Of a stretch of 30,021 nt of DNA, positions 24,357-30,021 are shown one piece after another (the stretch's first letter is position 1; every line of letters starts with the position of its first letter). The position numbers and the translations under genes were made by a program. Location of the stretch: positions 1-30,021 of the forward strand of contig JBKBOT010000019.1 of the NCBI GenBank assembly GCA_046293555.1, read 5' to 3'. This stretch comes from Pyrobaculum sp. (GTDB lineage: Archaea > Thermoproteota > Thermoprotei > Thermoproteales > Thermoproteaceae). A model generated the notes under the pieces. It was not told the origin of the DNA and ran no database searches. It was given only the letters and a program-made list of their open reading frames with translations.

Positions 24357-24971
24357 CTCCACCTCAAGCCAGCTGTCTCCATCCCTCCCCTCGAACTTAA
24401 TGGCTTTTTCTGACCAACATACTTTAACCCTGTCGTACAGCCTATGAAACGCCTTTGCGACATTGTATAACGCAGCGCTAGGGAAGATCATATCCACATC
24501 CCCCTCGCCCGACTTAACCCCCATCGCGAGGATGGCATCTTGTCGCATCGCCACCCCCACGCTGAACTTATCCCCGATGGATTTTATGTTCACAAACGGT
24601 ATTAACTCCACTGCCGCATTAGCTGCAGCTTTAAGCGCCGCCGTGGACACCTCCCCCCACCCAAGACACTTGACCTCCATAAATTCCACCTCTTCCTCCT
24701 TGACGTTGCCCGGCAGAAGCACCTCCATGTTGCCCATCTTCACGATTACGTCCTTCCCCTTAAACCTCTCAAACTTAACCACGTCGCTGGCGAAATCCGC
24801 GATGTAGCTAACAAACAGACAGACGGGAAACGCCCCCCTGGCCCTATAAAACGCCCTAAACGACCCAGAATACGTCGCGCCATACGCCAAAACGCCATCT
24901 TCATACGGCTTGAAGCACAAATACGGCGCCAGATCGTCCAACGCCTTTACAAATTCTCCAGGCAGCTCCAT
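24336..24971 (-). CDS. pcn: Divergent PCNA-like sliding clamp
   Basis: 'EFVKALDDL....FK..EDGV' and 'F....LYNVAKAF.RL.DRVKV.W....IKFE......V.LLP' follow the PCNA N- and C-terminal patterns; 211 aa; start ATG 24971 behind tatatata. Confidence 0.62.
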   Translation of the reverse strand: MELPGEFVKALDDLAPYLCFKPYEDGVLAYGATYSGSFRAFYRARGAFPVCLFVSYIADFASDVVKFERFKGKDVIVKMGNMEVLLPGNVKEEEVEFMEVKCLGWGEVSTAALKAAANAAVELIPFVNIKSIGDKFSVGVAMRQDAILAMGVKSGEGDVDMIFPSAALYNVAKAFHRLYDRVKVCWSEKAIKFEGRDGDSWLEVELLPFPV

Positions 24972-25015
24972 GGGGAGAAAATGCACTACAGTATATATAC
25001 CCAACAAACACACCT

Positions 25016-25028
25016 AGAAAAAAAAGAA
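25016..25028 (-). terminator. Oligo-T terminator after cc1
   Basis: T-run on the minus strand immediately after stop 25033. Confidence 0.5.
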
Positions 25029-25032
25029 CCGG

Positions 25033-25221
25033 TTAGACCTTCAGCCCGCGTCTCCTGCCCCCCTTCCTCCTCCCGCCACCCTCCTTGCCGAGAATTCTAT
25101 ACACCTTAATGCCCGTATACGGCGATTTGGCCACAGCCGCCTTGGCGCCATTTCGCAGATAGACAACGTCGTAGTTGCTGGCGGTGAAATGCCTTTTGGC
25201 CTTTACGTCGAAGAACCTCAT
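25033..25221 (-). CDS. cc1: Crenarchaeal chromatin protein Cc1 homologue with Gly/Arg tail
   Basis: 'RFFDVKAK..F....Y.V.......AVAKSPYTGIKVYRILGK' is the Cc1 signature; ATG overlaps the upstream TGA. Confidence 0.85.
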   Translation of the reverse strand: MRFFDVKAKRHFTASNYDVVYLRNGAKAAVAKSPYTGIKVYRILGKEGGGRRKGGRRRGLKV

Positions 25222-25805
25222 GCCTCCCCCGCCTCCCACACCTGCGCGCTTAATCCCTTCCTAATTCTGTAGTGTGTGATCCTCCATTTGCCGAAGTTCC
25301 AGCTCTTGACCCTAACCGGCCTCGCCTTGTTGTCTAAAGCCGCCTTTGCGGCCTCTACGGCATCAGCGAGCTTTTTGATGTGTCTCTCACTCGCCGGGAC
25401 GCCCTTTTTCTTTTTGCCGACTGCCGGCTCTTGTTTAACCTCAGCCGGCGCCTCTGTCTGTGTCGTAGTTGTCGTCTCTGTGCCAGCCGCCCTCTCCGCT
25501 ACGGCGGCTGCCCCCTTTGTTGGCTTTTGTGTTGTCTTCTTCCCTTTAGTTCTTTTTGTTTCAACCCTCGCTTGTAGCTCGCCCGCCTCAATTAACTTCT
25601 TTACATACCTCTGTACTGTTTTCGGTGAAACTCCTAGCGTTAGGGCAATAACGCTTATCGGTGCCTTTTGTCTTTCATACATTTTTTTCAATATCTCTAT
25701 CTCCGCTTCAGAAAGCTCCTTCTTCTTTCTACCAACTTCTACGGCTCCAGGCAGTCGAATGTCATAAGACTTTTTAGCAGTTTTCCTCTTAGTTTTCCTA
25801 GCCAT
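25218..25805 (-). CDS. Lys-rich winged-HTH DNA-binding protein
   Basis: 'ISVIALTLGVSPKTVQRYVKKLIEAG' HTH flanked by K/T/A-rich low-complexity arms; tatatata about 20-27 nt upstream. Confidence 0.8.
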   Translation of the reverse strand: MARKTKRKTAKKSYDIRLPGAVEVGRKKKELSEAEIEILKKMYERQKAPISVIALTLGVSPKTVQRYVKKLIEAGELQARVETKRTKGKKTTQKPTKGAAAVAERAAGTETTTTTQTEAPAEVKQEPAVGKKKKGVPASERHIKKLADAVEAAKAALDNKARPVRVKSWNFGKWRITHYRIRKGLSAQVWEAGEA

Positions 25806-25843
25806 GTGAACTGTGTTTAGAGGTATATATATACGTCACTTCC

Positions 25844-26584
25844 CTATCGTTTCTTGTCCTCAGCGGAGGCCCACCTCTCTATCTCCTCCATACGTTTGCC
25901 CAACGCCTTCCTCACCTTGTCCCAAGGCCAGCTCGGCCCGGCCTTCAACGCGTTCAGAAGGCCTCTTGCCATGCCGAACTGCTCGATGTTTACAACTAAA
26001 GTGCGAAACACCTCGATGAGCGACGCCGGTTCGTTTTTATATACGTCAGCCGCAGCCTTAAGGACGGTCTTGACAGGCTCCGGCGCGTCGGCGAAGTACT
26101 CCCTCCACGCCTTGATGATGCCGTCGTAATCCGGCAGCTTGTGCCAATCGGTCTTGGCGATAGACTCAAGCGACTTGCGTTCACCAATAAACCAACGCAT
26201 GGCGGAACGCCATGCGTTATCTACAGCCTCCCTAAACTCCCCCGGCGTGTTGTATTGTTTCATGAGGGGCTCCAGAAGCCTTTTCGCCAAATCCGGCGGC
26301 GCCCACTGGGCGATAAAGCCAACCGCCTTGGCCTTGAGGAAGGTCTCCAGGTTGTCAAGATAGCCAAACGCCTCCGTCGCCGGCAGCTCAGCCGCCTTGT
26401 CTATAGCCGCAAAGACCTGTCCCCTCTCCCCCCGCTGCTCCGGCCGGGCGATGCCCTTCCCCTCATCGGCGCCATATATCGCTCTGGCCAGAGCTCTCAC
26501 TTCTTCCATACGCCTCTCGAGCTCTGCGTCTAGCTTTGGGGGTCTATACACAGCCCTTTTATACATCTTCACAATATCAAACAT
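25844..26584 (-). CDS. Hypothetical alpha-helical protein
   Basis: Protein-like composition; start ATG 26584 chosen from TATA tatataaa at 26611-26604. Confidence 0.7.
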   Translation of the reverse strand: MFDIVKMYKRAVYRPPKLDAELERRMEEVRALARAIYGADEGKGIARPEQRGERGQVFAAIDKAAELPATEAFGYLDNLETFLKAKAVGFIAQWAPPDLAKRLLEPLMKQYNTPGEFREAVDNAWRSAMRWFIGERKSLESIAKTDWHKLPDYDGIIKAWREYFADAPEPVKTVLKAAADVYKNEPASLIEVFRTLVVNIEQFGMARGLLNALKAGPSWPWDKVRKALGKRMEEIERWASAEDKKR

Positions 26585-27872
26585 GTCTGCCTCAAGACAC
26601 GGCTTTATATACGTCATTATTGCCTTTCTCGTATTGACTTTCTCTATAGCCACACTGCCCGGCGGCGGGCCGTTAGGCGGTTATATTAGCGATGAGGTTT
26701 GGTATATCACAGCCGCTAGAAATATCCTTCACGCTTTCGGCGTGGCTCCAAACTCCCCCTTCTACACGACGGTGGGGCAATGCCTAAAGGGACCGCCTAT
26801 ATACGAGATGAAACATGGCAACACGACGTTATATGTGGCATTAGAGGTGAGCTGCTACGTCCGTCGCGGCTTCCCGTACCCCAAGCCTGAGACTCTGACG
26901 TATTACAACTTGGAGCACCCACCCCTGGCGAAATACATCTATGCCGCCATGATTTACATACAAGACTGGCCCCTCTTCTGGCGTTTGGCGCCAATGGCCG
27001 CAGGGCTGATTACGCTCTTGTTAGTGTATAAGAAATGGGGCCTTCTAGCTGCCGCGTTGTTACTAACAGACAGAACTTTTATCGCCATGTCCTCAATAGC
27101 GATGTTAGACATATGGCCCGCCCTTTTTACAACCCTGGCGCTTTATTATTACGGCAGTTGGAAGTCCTACATATTCCTCGGCCTTGCAGGCGCATCGAAA
27201 TACACAGGCCTATTCGCGGCTATGGCCTACTGGAAGAAATGGCATGTGGCAATTCCGACAGCTTTAACGATAATTGCCGTTAGTTACATCCCGTTAGCTA
27301 TAACGCTAGGGCCTTGGGTCTACCAAGCCGCCCTTGAGTCGCTCAGATGGCACATAACCCCAAAGCCCCCAGGCCCTGTGGCTTCAAGCCCGGCGGATTG
27401 GTTGATAATGCAAAACAGTTTTGTGTTACACCCACAAGTCGCAGCCACGGGCAGCTTCACGTACTTTCCGGCTCTGATATATTCGTTGTACGCAATAGCG
27501 AAGAGGAGAGACATGGCGGAATCCGCCTTCTTCCTCTCTTGTTATAGCGGGTACTGGCTGATATACGCAATGGGAAACACAACGTTATACTCCTTCTATA
27601 CGGCACATTTCGCCCCACTAGCGGCAATACAGACGGCGAAGCTACTTCTTTCTGTAGAGCTTAAGCACAAAGTCCATAGCCTCTTCTGGCGGAAGTTTTT
27701 CAACCCTCTCCCTAAATTTCGCCAACTCCGGCTCTTTTTCCACAAGGCTGTTGAAAATCTTAAGCGCAATACGTTTGGTCTTCGGGCTGTCTACAGGCAG
27801 GATTATGGGAAACTCCTCAATCGCCTTACGTCTTTTTGTCTTAAACACAAGAGAGAGAAGATACAACTATAA
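26583..27872 (+). CDS. GT-C fold glycosyltransferase, family 39 (protein O-mannosyltransferase-like)
   Basis: TM then 'YISDEVWY..AARN', 'NLEHPPLAKY', 'WRL', 'AMLD', 'GLA...KY.G' motifs; multiple TMs. Start ATG 26583. Confidence 0.85.
   Translation: MSASRHGFIYVIIAFLVLTFSIATLPGGGPLGGYISDEVWYITAARNILHAFGVAPNSPFYTTVGQCLKGPPIYEMKHGNTTLYVALEVSCYVRRGFPYPKPETLTYYNLEHPPLAKYIYAAMIYIQDWPLFWRLAPMAAGLITLLLVYKKWGLLAAALLLTDRTFIAMSSIAMLDIWPALFTTLALYYYGSWKSYIFLGLAGASKYTGLFAAMAYWKKWHVAIPTALTIIAVSYIPLAITLGPWVYQAALESLRWHITPKPPGPVASSPADWLIMQNSFVLHPQVAATGSFTYFPALIYSLYAIAKRRDMAESAFFLSCYSGYWLIYAMGNTTLYSFYTAHFAPLAAIQTAKLLLSVELKHKVHSLFWRKFFNPLPKFRQLRLFFHKAVENLKRNTFGLRAVYRQDYGKLLNRLTSFCLKHKREKIQL
27642..27848 (-). CDS. 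Small hypothetical protein, antisense within the glycosyltransferase 3' end
   Basis: GTG 27848 with ttttatag 20-27 nt upstream; E/K-rich helical composition. Confidence 0.55.
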   Translation of the reverse strand: MFKTKRRKAIEEFPIILPVDSPKTKRIALKIFNSLVEKEPELAKFRERVEKLPPEEAMDFVLKLYRKK

Positions 27873-27917
27873 AAACGTCATTGCTGACTGAACTTCCACA
27901 ACGAGACGTATTAAAAA

Positions 27918-30020
27918 TTAAAATCCGTACCTGCCGCCAGACGTCTTTATCTTCACCGCCGCATATAGCGCAGCGGCAAACCCAAGCGCCACGAAGCCGT
28001 ATGAGTTGTTCCACGCCTGCGACGGGTCCTGGTTGAAGACGAAAGACAGCGCCGTCGACACAACCGCAAAGGTGATGCCGCCGACTAAGATCCCCTCGTC
28101 CACATCCCTATTCGCCTTGATTGTGCCTACGGCTGTGGCCAGCGCGATCACAAGCGCCCCGATGCCGACCTCAAACGGCCCCAGCTGCGGGGGGGTGAAG
28201 GCAACGCCGCCGGGCGGTATATAGGCATAAGTGCCGATAGTTACAGTAAGCGGCGAGCTGGCTGTGTGGACAGTCACGCCCACATTCGGCGTGGGCGGAG
28301 GAGTGTAGCCAAGGCCAGGCGGCGGCTTGTAGCTAACAGTCAACACGTTGCCGGCAGGCCACTGGACGTAGCCCAAAACAGTCTGGCCGAGGTAGACGTT
28401 GGAGGTGCCGTTGGCCACGAGGATGCCCTCGAAGCGGTAGATGCCAGCCGCCACAGAGAAGTTGTAGAAACCCGGCGGGAAGTAGCCAGCAAGCCTACAG
28501 ACGTTGTTGGCGCAGGCGGCGTTGATCTGACACACGGCGTCGCCAGAAGACGGCACCACAAAAGACCCGTTGAGGCTAAGCTTGGCGATCTGGGAGCCAC
28601 ACGCCGTAAACACGCCGCCAGCAACCTCAAAACGCGGCAGCACGAAGTATCTGGAAAGAAGCCACACCGCCCCCGCCTCGGTGTAGAAGCCGGGGGGCGA
28701 TTGGGTGGCGTCTAAAAAGTAGACATACCGCAGCCCGCCGAGGTCGGGCAGTCTTTCGCCCATGTCCACACGGCCGGTGTATACAGCGACATATTTGTAG
28801 TACAGCGTTGGGAGGTTTGTGTCTGATGGCATGTATCCAACCCCGGGCCTCCACCAGTCGTAATATGGACCAAAGAACGGTTTTTGAGACATAGCTATAC
28901 GTGTGCCATCTACATACACCGCGAGGTGCGTCTCGTTGTAGACCACGGTGAGGCGGAACCACCTGCCGACAGGCACCTTTACTGTAGACCAGTGGAGGTT
29001 CCCCATCATGGAGATATATACCGTATCCATCGTACCTACACCATCGATACGGCCTATACGTATTGCATAAGGCCGCTCCCAATCCCAGAACCTCCCGCCC
29101 GAGATGTATATCCTTGTATCATACACCGTTAGGTTCTGTGGGATATACACCATAGCATCAATAACGCCAACGTGTGGAATAACTGTGTGTATGCTAGAAA
29201 TATATGCCCTCCCCCAGCCGACCTTGCCCTGCCCAGAATCGCCTTGGAACACCCACGCCGCCGGCATAAGGCCGGCGAACTTGCCCGCCAGCTGGGGCAC
29301 CACATACGGCACCTCGACGTATGTGGCGACGCCCGGCGCAGAGACGTTGAAGCCGGTGGAGGTGGCCAGATAGACGCCGCCGTCAACACGCGACCCTTGC
29401 GGCACAAACCTAAACAACGCGTTGGATCTAGACACGTCTGAGAAGCGCCAGACCCAGCGCCGGCCGGACATTAACCGCCAGTCTATAGCCGTGGCGCTGC
29501 CGGGCGCTGTGTTGTAGAGGCCGGGGTGGTACGGCTCGACGTAGAGGTTATCTAACGCGTGGAAGTTTGTAGCGCCGCCAGATATCGATCTGAAGTACGA
29601 TGAACCTATCCCATGTAGAATTTTCTGATATGGCGTATTGTCTACCGCCTCGGCCACTGTTGTTCCGTTTACCGCCACGCGGATATATACCTTATTATCT
29701 TCATAGTACAGCCACACCTCTGCGGTGTACCACCCAGAGCCGAAGGTGTAAGGCACCTTGGCGAGAGATACCCACGTTCCGTCGTACCGCAACGTCTTGA
29801 CCTCTACAAACCTCCCCCCCTCGTGGAATGTAATGTGATACCCACCATTCCATCCATAGAAAATTACGCTGTTAAAATCGCCGCCGGTCCCGCCCCAAGC
29901 CCTCAAACTACAGCGCATGTAGATACCTCTATGATGATTAGAATGAAAGTGATAACCTCCAGATACCCACTGTTGTTGGTTTGACGTCAGAAGGACGTAC
30001 CGGTTTGTCGAATCCCACGT
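27918..30020 (-). CDS. Second lectin/LamG membrane-anchored adhesin, 5'-truncated; paralogue of 5431-9915
   Basis: Frame open to the window edge (TWDSTNRYVLLTSNQQ...GIYMRCS); long blocks align with the first adhesin; three C-terminal TM helices. Confidence 0.88.
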   Translation of the reverse strand, partial: TWDSTNRYVLLTSNQQQWVSGGYHFHSNHHRGIYMRCSLRAWGGTGGDFNSVIFYGWNGGYHITFHEGGRFVEVKTLRYDGTWVSLAKVPYTFGSGWYTAEVWLYYEDNKVYIRVAVNGTTVAEAVDNTPYQKILHGIGSSYFRSISGGATNFHALDNLYVEPYHPGLYNTAPGSATAIDWRLMSGRRWVWRFSDVSRSNALFRFVPQGSRVDGGVYLATSTGFNVSAPGVATYVEVPYVVPQLAGKFAGLMPAAWVFQGDSGQGKVGWGRAYISSIHTVIPHVGVIDAMVYIPQNLTVYDTRIYISGGRFWDWERPYAIRIGRIDGVGTMDTVYISMMGNLHWSTVKVPVGRWFRLTVVYNETHLAVYVDGTRIAMSQKPFFGPYYDWWRPGVGYMPSDTNLPTLYYKYVAVYTGRVDMGERLPDLGGLRYVYFLDATQSPPGFYTEAGAVWLLSRYFVLPRFEVAGGVFTACGSQIAKLSLNGSFVVPSSGDAVCQINAACANNVCRLAGYFPPGFYNFSVAAGIYRFEGILVANGTSNVYLGQTVLGYVQWPAGNVLTVSYKPPPGLGYTPPPTPNVGVTVHTASSPLTVTIGTYAYIPPGGVAFTPPQLGPFEVGIGALVIALATAVGTIKANRDVDEGILVGGITFAVVSTALSFVFNQDPSQAWNNSYGFVALGFAAALYAAVKIKTSGGRYGF

Positions 30021-30021
30021 G

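Larger units (their letters stand above)
1..30021. mobile_element. Part of a crenarchaeal (Thermoproteales) virus/provirus, probably spindle-shaped virus-related
   Basis: Primase-SF3 helicase, B251-like ATPase, two-helix hydrophobic capsid-like protein, large lectin adhesins with C-terminal TM anchors, Cas4-family nuclease, glycosyltransferase, many small HTH/RHH/membrane ORFans; no housekeeping operons. Ends not visible; a conjugative/plasmid-type element cannot be excluded. Confidence 0.72.

Overview
Densely packed, mostly leaderless archaeal mobile element, most plausibly a spindle-shaped (fusellovirus-like) virus or provirus of Thermoproteales (Pyrobaculum/Thermoproteus-like host, inferred from the Cc1 and Csa1 homologues and from TATA-box leaderless starts with ATGA overlaps). 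No integrase, att site, tRNA, rRNA or CRISPR array is visible, and both window ends cut through large genes. Left arm (1-16.9 kb): a giant repeat protein and its miniature paralogue, a ~1,490-aa multi-lectin/LamG membrane-anchored adhesin, many small membrane proteins, an AAA+ ATPase, a fusellovirus B251-like ATPase and a hydrophobic-hairpin capsid candidate. Centre: a solo Csa1/Cas4 nuclease, an AT-rich non-coding region (possible origin) and a prim-pol/SF3 helicase whose primase catalytic motifs look degenerate. Right arm: HTH/Zn-finger and RHH regulators, three copies of a palindrome (one a perfect 26 bp), a divergent PCNA, the chromatin protein Cc1, a GT39-type glycosyltransferase and an inverted paralogue of the adhesin. 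All family calls come from reading motifs by eye, not from database searches.
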